NCBI GenBank assembly: GCA_963663805.2 | Contig: CAXXMR010000019.1 | Location: 96,001 to 160,000 of the forward strand | DNA length: 64,000 bases | Source of the DNA: Sedimentisphaerales bacterium | GTDB lineage: Bacteria; Planctomycetota; Phycisphaerae; Sedimentisphaerales; SM23-30 | Direction: 5' to 3' | Shown here: positions 32,244 through 40,387 of the stretch, in pieces | Layout of the letters: every line of letters starts with the position of its first letter | Numbering within the stretch: the first letter of the stretch is position 1 | Notes under the pieces: generated by a model | Told to the model about the DNA's origin: nothing | What the model saw: the letters and a program-made list of their open reading frames with translations, nothing else | Databases searched by the model: none | Translations under genes and position numbers: made by a program

Positions 32244-32539
32244 CGGGGGGGGGCAAAAAGGTGTAAGGTGCATTTCTCTGAAGCCCCTGATTTGGCGAAA
32301 CTTCGTAGGTCCACCGCCGGGGGGAGTTTTTTTTGATTATTCTTGCAATTTCCGGGTTTTTATAATAGATTCACCGTAGATTTCATTGTCGCGGTGCTTT
32401 TTGGGCCGTGGCGGATGTTTAATTTAGTAGAAGGGGCCTGTCGTTTTAAGCCCGGTTGCGGATTGTTGGTGGATGATGATCTTGAAATATCTTTATGTTG
32501 CGCGGGGCACGTCAGCTATTAGCTTCTTAGGAAAACTTA

Positions 32540-34144
32540 ATGTCTGATATCTACAAACTTATTCTGGCATTACACTCATCAAAGCCATGGTCTAGCTGGC
32601 GGAGCCAGCCAAATAAAGTTCAGACACTTAGGTCAATCTCTGAAATCGGTACGCCTTTTACGATATCGTCAATATTCCAATTTGTTTTTTCTGGCAATAA
32701 GAGTATTTCTCTTGAGGCAGCTATTGCTGTTCGTGATCTGATTTCAAAAACAAAACTCTCTCAATGGACAAAACTTTATCCTTCATTCCAATATATTAAC
32801 ATTTCCGAAAGTCAATTACGAAAACTCCGTCAATTTCCTAGTTCTTTACAAATTCATCTTTTGGGGATTGCATCCCTGAACGGAAATGGGTATATCCGGC
32901 AAGAAGCTGTTCAAGCGTTGCAGAGTTTCACTTCACCCGAGAAGATTCCATACATTATGCTGCGGCTCAGCGATTGGGTATCTCAAGTTCGAAACGTTGC
33001 CGAGTTTGCTTTTAGCGAATGCTTGAAAAAGGAATACGCCGAAGCATTCTTGTCTTATGTTTGCATCATAGATAGTATGACTCGTGTTGAAAGATTTGAT
33101 CTTTCTTTAATTGAAGATCAAATAACTTTGTTTTTAACATCTGAGGATTCAGTCGAACATTTGCAAAAGGCGTTAGGTCACTCCGATACAAGAGTTCGTT
33201 TATTTTGTTACAGATTATTGCTTCGCAAGTCTTTAGGTGACCTCTGTCTGATTGAGAAAGGGGCCAGAGACACAGATTCTAAAGTTCGCTCATTAGTATT
33301 ACAAAAGCTACAGGATACTCCAATTGAACATAAGATAAAGTATTTTTACATTTTCCTGCGAGATCCTTCACCGAAAATATGTTCAGCAGTAATGATGTCA
33401 ATTCCTGAGGCTTACTGGCAAGAATTTCGCAATATAATTGTCGACAATATTTTCAATAAATCCGCCTCAATCAGAAATACGGCAAGATTTCTTTTGCAAA
33501 AACATGAAGATTTTGACTTTGCTGTCCAATATCGAAAGCGTATTAAAGCTGGGCTTGTTTCGCAAGGCACGCTGTCGGGTTTGGCTGAAACCGGCAGTGA
33601 GGAAGATTTTGATGTTCTCATAAGATTTACAGACTATTCACGTTCCAAAGCCAGAGCAGCCGCACTGGCTGGTTTGCATAGACTTAACCCGAAATTATCA
33701 ATCCCTCTGCTAATTAAAGCTTTGAGAGATCCTGCGGCAAGAGTTAGGCGTGCAAGTTGTAAGATACTCTGCAAATATCGCCATTACGACAGAAACTTAG
33801 TAAGACAAATTTTCAAAGATGGTGCAGCTAATAGCAAGATTACTGCTTTGAGAGTATTGTGTGATTCTTTGGATTGGGATTCTCTGGAAGATATTTTTCT
33901 AATGATAGCTGACAAAGAAGAGTGTGTCCGAAATGCTGCGTGGAGCATATATGTAAAATGGTTCCAGAGGCGCAGCGTTAATAATTGGGTAAAACCTTCT
34001 CGGCAAGTTTTGTATTCGTTGGAGGCCAAACTCAAGGAGTTTGACTCAATGCCAGTAAATATCCCGGATTTGGTCGCGGAGGAATGGAGGGGACTACCGG
34101 TCTTACTTGAATCTGGTAAAAAAATATGGAAGCTAGGGAAGTGA
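32540..34144 (+). CDS. HEAT-repeat protein (AT-rich accessory gene)
   Basis: NGYIRQEAV, LRLSDWVSQVR, DTRVR, DPAARVRRA helical repeats; codon usage is visibly more AT-rich than the flanking genes. Confidence 0.85.
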   Translation: MSDIYKLILALHSSKPWSSWRSQPNKVQTLRSISEIGTPFTISSIFQFVFSGNKSISLEAAIAVRDLISKTKLSQWTKLYPSFQYINISESQLRKLRQFPSSLQIHLLGIASLNGNGYIRQEAVQALQSFTSPEKIPYIMLRLSDWVSQVRNVAEFAFSECLKKEYAEAFLSYVCIIDSMTRVERFDLSLIEDQITLFLTSEDSVEHLQKALGHSDTRVRLFCYRLLLRKSLGDLCLIEKGARDTDSKVRSLVLQKLQDTPIEHKIKYFYIFLRDPSPKICSAVMMSIPEAYWQEFRNIIVDNIFNKSASIRNTARFLLQKHEDFDFAVQYRKRIKAGLVSQGTLSGLAETGSEEDFDVLIRFTDYSRSKARAAALAGLHRLNPKLSIPLLIKALRDPAARVRRASCKILCKYRHYDRNLVRQIFKDGAANSKITALRVLCDSLDWDSLEDIFLMIADKEECVRNAAWSIYVKWFQRRSVNNWVKPSRQVLYSLEAKLKEFDSMPVNIPDLVAEEWRGLPVLLESGKKIWKLGK

Positions 34145-34403
34145 CGGTGTCCGGGGGAAGTGACGGTGTCCGGTACATTTATTTTTCCTTTTGCGGTAAA
34201 GACTTGTGAAATAATTGGTTCCGGGGAATTTCTTTTTCTTGAGAAGGGCCGCCGGGTGAAAAATACCGGAAAAACACTTGTGTTTGCCGAGCAATTCCCT
34301 TATTATTATAATTGTTAAAAGGCTCAGCCCCTTACAGTTGGTTCCGTGCGTGATGAGGGAGCGGAGGCATTTCAAGGCAGTTTCTTTGGGCAAGGAGAAA
34401 ATA

Positions 34404-35285
34404 ATGTTCAAGGCAATCCTGGTTTCATTGGTGTTTTTGACCTCTTTTACTTTTACTTTTACTTTTGCTTTTGCTGATTGCCCGGCGGCTGACATAAACG
34501 GCGACTGCCGGGTTGATCTGGAAGATTTAGCTATTCTGGCCTCGGAATGGCTGACGTATGGATTTCCCGAAGGACCGGCGGGCATGGTCTGGGTGTCTAT
34601 CAACGATCCGGGTGTTTCCGGCCACGAAGGCTTCAATGGTCAGATGAGCCGATACGAAACGACCAATGCCCAATATGCTCAGTATCTCAATGCCGCCCGG
34701 GTTTCCGGTGATATTACAGTCAGCGGCAATTATGTTGTAGGCAACAGCGGTCCTTATTCCGGTGAGAATTATTATCGACTTGATGGTTCCGGCTATACTA
34801 CCGATGGGGTCACCAACGGCGGTGCGGCCCGAGTCAACTGGACGGGCAGTTCGTTCACGGTTGACAGCGGTTTTGAGAATCACCCGGTAACTTATGTGAG
34901 CTGGTATGGTGCCACGGCCTTTGCGAGCTACTACGGCTGGCGTCTGCCGACGGAGTGGGAATGGCAGGCGGTGGCAGATTACGACGGCAGCTATACCTAT
35001 GGCTGCGGGACGAGCATCAATACCAGCATTGCCAACTATCTGGGCGCCATCCATCCATACGGCACCACGGCAGTTGGTGCCTTCGGAACATCTGGCTACG
35101 GGATGACGGATATGACAGGCAATGTTTGGGAGTGGACCAGCGGCTTATATGATCCCGCAGATAGCTACCGCGTTCTGCGCGGCGGCGGCTGGAGCAGCAG
35201 CGACGTCAGCTGTTCGTTCTCGTACCGCAACGGCAGCTTCCCGTACGGCCTGTACCGCAGCTACGGCTTCCGGGTGTGTCGTTGA
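34404..35285 (+). CDS. secreted FGE-sulfatase (SUMF1/C-type lectin fold) domain protein with N-terminal dockerin-like motif; probable DGR target
   Basis: AAGGAG RBS, signal peptide, ADINGDCRVDLEDLAILASEWL, YETTNAQY, HPVTYVSWYGA, RLPTEWEWQ, DMTGNVWEW, RVLRGGGW...GFRVCR. Confidence 0.9.
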   Translation: MFKAILVSLVFLTSFTFTFTFAFADCPAADINGDCRVDLEDLAILASEWLTYGFPEGPAGMVWVSINDPGVSGHEGFNGQMSRYETTNAQYAQYLNAARVSGDITVSGNYVVGNSGPYSGENYYRLDGSGYTTDGVTNGGAARVNWTGSSFTVDSGFENHPVTYVSWYGATAFASYYGWRLPTEWEWQAVADYDGSYTYGCGTSINTSIANYLGAIHPYGTTAVGAFGTSGYGMTDMTGNVWEWTSGLYDPADSYRVLRGGGWSSSDVSCSFSYRNGSFPYGLYRSYGFRVCR

Positions 35286-35490
35286 GTGCTCCTGCTCCTG
35301 GATTTATTTATCCTTTGCTCTTTGTTCTTTTACCCTTTGCGGGGTCCAGGGGCGCAGCCTCTAGGAAACGAATTGCTGTCTGGTACATTTGTTTTTCCGT
35401 AATTCAGATGTCAGAAATCAGCAGAAAAAACATGAACCACGAAGTTCACGAAGAAATATTATTGAAATCTTAAAACTTCGTGTCCTTCGC

Positions 35491-36255
35491 GGGAAACGAA
35501 CGGTGTCCGGTACATTTATTCCTCCCGGCCCCGGATAATAAAAACCGACTGAACCCCACCACCTCGGGTTTATCGTTCTTAAGAGGAAGGCAAGAGGCAA
35601 GAGTGAAGGTTTGGCCTCCGGCCAGTTGAAACCTTATCAATGCCGTATTCAGCAGAAAAAATCTGGACCACGAAGGCACGAAGGACACGAAGTTAAAAGA
35701 ATTCTTAATATTTTCTTCGTGAACTTCGTGTCCTTCGTGGTGACAAATCAGAAATCAGAGATCAGATGTCAGTTGTCAGCCGAAAAACGGCTTAATAATG
35801 CTGATAATCCCGAAAACTTAACCTTGCCGACCGAAGGGGCAGGTTATCACAGATTTACCGTCCCATAAAAACCCCGGCGGCGTAACGGCGCTTTTAGCGC
35901 AGCGGCTGCGACTAAGTCGTAAGAGCTGCGCTTAAAGCGCAGGAGCTACGACTAAAGGAATCAGAGCTGCGCTAAAGTCGCAGGGGCTGCGACGAACTGC
36001 ATCGTCTCTGCGCTAAAGTCGCCAGAGCTGCGACAAAAGCGCAGAAGCTGCGACTAAAGGAATTATCTCTGCGACAAAGTCGCGGGAGCTGCGCTTAAAG
36101 CGCAGAGGCTGCGACAAAAGAATAATCCCGCCGATCTAAGCGCAGCTCCCCCGACAAAAGCGCCATCTCCCCGATTTAATCCTCGGCCCGCCGCCAAAAT
36201 CGCAGCTTCGCTGCTTTAGTCGCCAGTCAGCCGGTTAAAGGAAAACTCCTCCGCT
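35491..36255 (+). repeat. composite non-coding trailer element, copy 1
   Basis: Homologous to 53834-54675. Order: motif, ~140 bp near-identical block, long hairpin (35667-35741), heptamer run, 20-21 bp array, conserved 70 bp tail. Confidence 0.9.
35888..36180. repeat. tandem array of ~14 degenerate mini-hairpin units, period 20-21 bp
   Basis: Units start at 35905, 35925, 35945, 35966, 35986, 36007, 36027, 36047, 36068, 36088 and 36108, e.g. CTGCGC-TTAAA-GCGCAG and GCGAC-AAA-GTCGC. Confidence 0.9.
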
Positions 36256-36448
36256 CAAGCGGTCGCATTGCGGCAAAAACGCCGGGTGTCCGGGCGGATG
36301 AACTGATTTAACTAACTGGGCGGCAGGGAGTTGTTGTATTATTGGCTGAGGCGGGGGAGTTTTTGGTTTTTTGTTTGGCTGAGGCGAGCTTTGGACTAAA
36401 ATCTAATAGGTACGGATATGAATGTAAATATTTATTCGAGTGAGATGT

Positions 36449-39343
36449 ATGGATAGACAACAGCAGCGTGAGGCGTTGGGGGCTGAGCTGGGCCGGGCGG
36501 TCAGGGGGCAGGTTCGTATTGATGCTATGGCTTTGGCGTTGTATAGCACTGACGCGAGTATCTATCAGATTGAGCCGCTGGCGGTGGTGCTGCCGGTCGA
36601 TAGCGATGATGTGGCGGCGGCGGTGGCTTATGCCGCTCGGAACAAGCTCAGCATCGTGCCGCGCGGGGGCGGCAGTGGTTTGGCGGGCGAAGCGGTTGGG
36701 CCGGGGATTGTCATCGATATGAGCCGGTTTATGAACCGCATTGGGCGGGTCGATGCCGAAGCTAATGAAGTTGTGGTTGGTCCGGGGGTGATATTGGCGG
36801 AACTTAATCAACAATTGGCGGCGGTCGGTAAGCAGTTTGGGCCGGACCCGGCCAGCGGGAATCGGGCGACTATCGGCGGGATGACGGGTAATAACGCTAC
36901 CGGTGCCCATTCTTTGAAATTTGGTTATACCGGTGCGCATATTCGCTCGGCGAAAATCGTGGCTGCTGATGGTGAACTGCTGGAAGTGGGACGCTATGCT
37001 AACGCCGCCGGTCAGGTCGGTCGGGTGGGTAAGTGGGCTGAGCAGATTGATGGACTGATTAAAGAACATCGGGATGCCCTTATCAAGGCGCGGCCGGAAC
37101 CGGAGCGGAACGGCAGCGGGTATAATCTGTATCCTTTTATTGACCATGATGATTTTCCGCTGGTGGAGCTGCTGGCCGGCTCGGAGGGTACGCTGGCGGT
37201 TGTTACCGAGGCGACGTTGGGGCTGGTGGATTTGCCGCCGGTTAAGATGCTGCTCCAGGTTAATTTTGATTCTCTGTCGAAAATGGGTCAGGCTGTCCCT
37301 GAAATACTCAAGCTCGACCCGTCGGCCTGTGAGTTGATGGATGGGAAGCTGCTCAAGATGGCGCGTGATGCCTATCCGCGTTATCATGATGTATTGCCGG
37401 ACAAGATCGCGGCTTCGCTGCTGGTGGAATTTGATGGGGCTACGGAATCCGAAGTAAATCAAAAACTCACTAAGGCCCGCCAATTTGTCGAACAGTTCGC
37501 TTCTAACATGAAACCAGTGTTCATCAAAGAAGTAACCAGTCCGGCGGTTCAGGCTCGGATATGGGCGGCTCGGAAGGCGGCGGTTCCTTTGCTGTTTCGT
37601 ACCGACGGGGAGACTCAGCCGATCCCGGTGATAGAAGATATCGCGGTGCCGCCAGCGCGGCTTGATGAATATCTCTGCAAACTCGACGAAATTACTAAGC
37701 GTATGGGTGTGCCGATGGCTTATTACGCTCACGCGGGGCACGGCGAGCTGCATACGCGGCCTTATCTGAACCTGCGACTTAAAGAAGATGTTCAGAAAAT
37801 GAAAGACCTGGCCGAGGAAGTTTTTGAGATGGTCTGGCAGTTGGGTGGGACTATCAGCGGAGAGCATGGCGAGGGGATTGTGCGGGCTTCGTTTATCAAG
37901 AGGCAGTACGGCGAAGAAGTTTATAATCTGTTCAAGTCGGTCAAGGGTGTTTTCGACCCGGATAATGTGATGAACCCCGGCAAGATAATCAATGAAGACC
38001 CGGAAGCCATGACCAGTAATCTGCGTTTGCAAAATCGTCCGGTGATGAACTATAAGACCAATCTTATTTTTCGGCCCGGCGAGTTTGTTAATGAGATGGA
38101 AAAGTGCAGCGGTGACGGTCTTTGCCGGTCGAAGGATGTGCTGCTGAGTATGTGCCCGATTTTTCGGGCGTTAGGTGATGAAGAATCAAGTCCTCGTGGT
38201 AAGATTAACCTCATGCGCAATTGGCTAATCGGCAAGCTGGACCCGGAGATTCTAGGGACCGATGAGTTCAAGGCTGTCGCGGATCTTTGCGTAAATTGCA
38301 AGATGTGCGTCCGCGAATGCCCGTCGCTGGTTAATACACCGAAGCTAATGATGGAGGCCCGGGTTGAATATGTGCGTCGTCACGGGTTGACCCGTCCTCA
38401 GTTCGCGCTGGTCAACAGTGAATGGATGAGCCGACTGAGTTCGACTTTTGGGCCGTTGGCAAACTTCTTTTTACAGACCGGCTGGTTCCGGGCGATTATG
38501 CAGACAGTGCTTGGCCTTGATAAACGTCGTCCCATGCCGCCTTTTGAGATGGGCAGTAACCTTCATAAGCTGCGCAAGCATATCGCGTCGCTGCCTGAAT
38601 TGGCCGCTCCGCAGGCGAAGGTGGCTTATTTTGTTGACCTCTACGCGAACTTCAATGACCATCAGCTCGGTCGTGCTGTTGTCGATATTCTTCACCATAA
38701 TAATATTGAAGTAACCGTCCCGCCGCAGATGGGGGTCTCTATGCCGGCGATAACTTATGGTGCGATCAAGACTGCTAAAAAAGCCATTGCTTATAATGTG
38801 GATTATCTCGCGCGGGCAGTGAAGGAAGGTTATACTGTTGTTTGCAGCGAACCGACCGCGGCTTTGGCATTGCAGGAAGAATATCTTGATTTGGTGGATG
38901 ACGAGCAAGCCAGACTTGTTGCCGAAAATACCGTTGAGCTGACCGACTTCCTCAGCTCGCTGCATAAAGACGGCAAACTCAAAACTGATTTTCGGGCCCA
39001 GAAAATGACGCTGGCTTATCATGTGCCGTGTCATTACAAAGCACTGAATATTGAAGGCGGGACGCTTGAGCTTCTGTCGCTTATTCCTGGTCTGGAAATT
39101 GAACGCTTGCCTAACAGCTGCTGTGGGATAGCGGGGACGTTCGGGTTTCAGAAAAAGAATTTCGATTTATCCATGAAGGCGGGCGAACCGATGCTGGCGG
39201 TTTACTCCCAAAGCAAAGCTGATTACGGGCTGACCGAATGCGGGACATGTAAAATGCAGATGGAGCTGGCGGGCGATAAAAAGGTGCTGCATCCGGCGAA
39301 AATTCTCGCCCACGCTTATGGCCTGGGACAGTATATAATCTAA
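36449..39343 (+). CDS. FAD-linked oxidase / Fe-S cluster (GlcD-GlpC-type) oxidoreductase fusion
   Basis: YSTDASIY, PRGGGSGLAG, GPDPAS, GSEGTLA, AHAGHGELH, ISGEHGEG, CVNCKMCVRECPS and CCGIAGTFG CCG domains. Confidence 0.92.
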   Translation: MDRQQQREALGAELGRAVRGQVRIDAMALALYSTDASIYQIEPLAVVLPVDSDDVAAAVAYAARNKLSIVPRGGGSGLAGEAVGPGIVIDMSRFMNRIGRVDAEANEVVVGPGVILAELNQQLAAVGKQFGPDPASGNRATIGGMTGNNATGAHSLKFGYTGAHIRSAKIVAADGELLEVGRYANAAGQVGRVGKWAEQIDGLIKEHRDALIKARPEPERNGSGYNLYPFIDHDDFPLVELLAGSEGTLAVVTEATLGLVDLPPVKMLLQVNFDSLSKMGQAVPEILKLDPSACELMDGKLLKMARDAYPRYHDVLPDKIAASLLVEFDGATESEVNQKLTKARQFVEQFASNMKPVFIKEVTSPAVQARIWAARKAAVPLLFRTDGETQPIPVIEDIAVPPARLDEYLCKLDEITKRMGVPMAYYAHAGHGELHTRPYLNLRLKEDVQKMKDLAEEVFEMVWQLGGTISGEHGEGIVRASFIKRQYGEEVYNLFKSVKGVFDPDNVMNPGKIINEDPEAMTSNLRLQNRPVMNYKTNLIFRPGEFVNEMEKCSGDGLCRSKDVLLSMCPIFRALGDEESSPRGKINLMRNWLIGKLDPEILGTDEFKAVADLCVNCKMCVRECPSLVNTPKLMMEARVEYVRRHGLTRPQFALVNSEWMSRLSSTFGPLANFFLQTGWFRAIMQTVLGLDKRRPMPPFEMGSNLHKLRKHIASLPELAAPQAKVAYFVDLYANFNDHQLGRAVVDILHHNNIEVTVPPQMGVSMPAITYGAIKTAKKAIAYNVDYLARAVKEGYTVVCSEPTAALALQEEYLDLVDDEQARLVAENTVELTDFLSSLHKDGKLKTDFRAQKMTLAYHVPCHYKALNIEGGTLELLSLIPGLEIERLPNSCCGIAGTFGFQKKNFDLSMKAGEPMLAVYSQSKADYGLTECGTCKMQMELAGDKKVLHPAKILAHAYGLGQYII

Positions 39344-39361
39344 ATTAATCGGAGAGTTGAG

Positions 39362-40387
39362 GTGTCGGAACAAATTGTCGAAGCGGTGTTGTGGGAATCG
39401 GCTGAGAATAATAATGTTCGCTGCAAGCTCTGTAATTTTCGCTGCGAAATCAAGCCGGGACACCGAGGTATCTGCAAGGTGCGTCAGAATCTTGAGGGCA
39501 GGCTCTATTCGCTCAATGCCCGTGCTGTCTGCTCGGCCGCAGTGGACCCGATTGAGAAAAAACCTTTGTTTCACTTTTTGCCCGGCAGTCATGCATTTTC
39601 CATCGCTGCTGTGGGATGTAATTTTCAGTGTGATTTCTGTCAGAACTGGCAGATAAGTCAATGGCCTCGCATGCGTCAGGGTGTCCCTGGCGAAATGTCT
39701 CAGCCCCAGGCTATCGTTGATGCCGCCCGCCGCAGTGATTGCGGCAGTATAGCTTATACTTATACCGAGCCGACGATTTTTATGGAGCTGGCGGGGGCTT
39801 GTGGAGAGATCGCTCGCGGGGAAGGCATTAGGAATATTTTTGTCAGTAACGGTTATCTAACCGCCGAAGCTCTGGACTATGCCAAAGTTTGGCTTGACGG
39901 GATTAATGTGGACCTGAAGGCTTTTAATGATGATTTTTACAGGCGACATTGCAAGGCATCCCTTAATCCGGTGCTGGATACTTTGGGGCGTATCGCGAAC
40001 GAAACTGATATTTGGCTGGAGGTTACTACGTTGATAATTCCCGGCGAGAACGATTCGGCTGATGAGCTTAAGCAGTTGGCCCGATTTATCGCTGATGAGC
40101 TTGGCGTTGATATACCCTGGCATATAAGCAGGTTTCACCCGCAATACAATTTGAAAGAAATAACAGCGACCAGCCAGGCCACTCTAAAGGCTGCTTACGA
40201 AATCGGTAAAAACGCCGGCCTGCGACATATCTATGTCGGCAATCTGCCTGGTTCGGGATGCGAAAGCACCTACTGTCATCAATGCGGGAATTTGCTCATT
40301 GAGCGAACGGGATATCAGTTAGGGCAGGTCAATCTCGAAGATGGAAAATGTCCCCGATGCCAAATGCCGCTGGCGGGCAAGTTTTAA
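39362..40387 (+). CDS. amrS: AmmeMemoRadiSam system radical SAM enzyme
   Basis: DPIEKKPLFHFLPG, GCNFQCDFCQNWQISQ, YTYTEPTI, HISRFHPQY, YVGN..TYC..CG. Confidence 0.93.
   Translation: MSEQIVEAVLWESAENNNVRCKLCNFRCEIKPGHRGICKVRQNLEGRLYSLNARAVCSAAVDPIEKKPLFHFLPGSHAFSIAAVGCNFQCDFCQNWQISQWPRMRQGVPGEMSQPQAIVDAARRSDCGSIAYTYTEPTIFMELAGACGEIARGEGIRNIFVSNGYLTAEALDYAKVWLDGINVDLKAFNDDFYRRHCKASLNPVLDTLGRIANETDIWLEVTTLIIPGENDSADELKQLARFIADELGVDIPWHISRFHPQYNLKEITATSQATLKAAYEIGKNAGLRHIYVGNLPGSGCESTYCHQCGNLLIERTGYQLGQVNLEDGKCPRCQMPLAGKF

Larger units (their letters stand above)
31380..35517 (+). repeat. dispersed 14-bp motif TGTCCGGTACATTT (five direct copies plus one inverted variant)
   Basis: Direct copies at 31380-31393, 32262-32275, 34167-34180, 35377-35390 and 35504-35517; inverted variant at 31680-31693. 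Further copies at 51535-51548 (-) and 53847-53860 (+). Confidence 0.85.

Noticed and set aside
34259..34272. Possible inverted motif upstream of the FGE gene (AAAAATACCGGAAA)
   Set aside because: Only 11 of 14 positions match in A-rich DNA, too weak to count.
30396..35520. Classical integron with attC sites
   Set aside because: No convincing RYYYAAC..GTTRRRY attC structures and no intI. The only tyrosine recombinase is a housekeeping XerD 22 kb away, with no obvious IntI-specific insertion.
35418..35868. Short ORFs in the trailer (and 53731-54204) that resemble each other
   Set aside because: Their similarity reflects the repeated DNA; the frames are broken by the 7-bp indel and are not conserved between copies.
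35888..36180. CRISPR array (also 54325-54605)
   Set aside because: Units are contiguous degenerate 20-21 bp repeats with no unique spacers, and no cas genes are present in the window.
34404..36255. Complete DGR locus
   Set aside because: No AAC-rich template repeat, reverse transcriptase or Avd gene was found in the window; only a target-like VR is supported.
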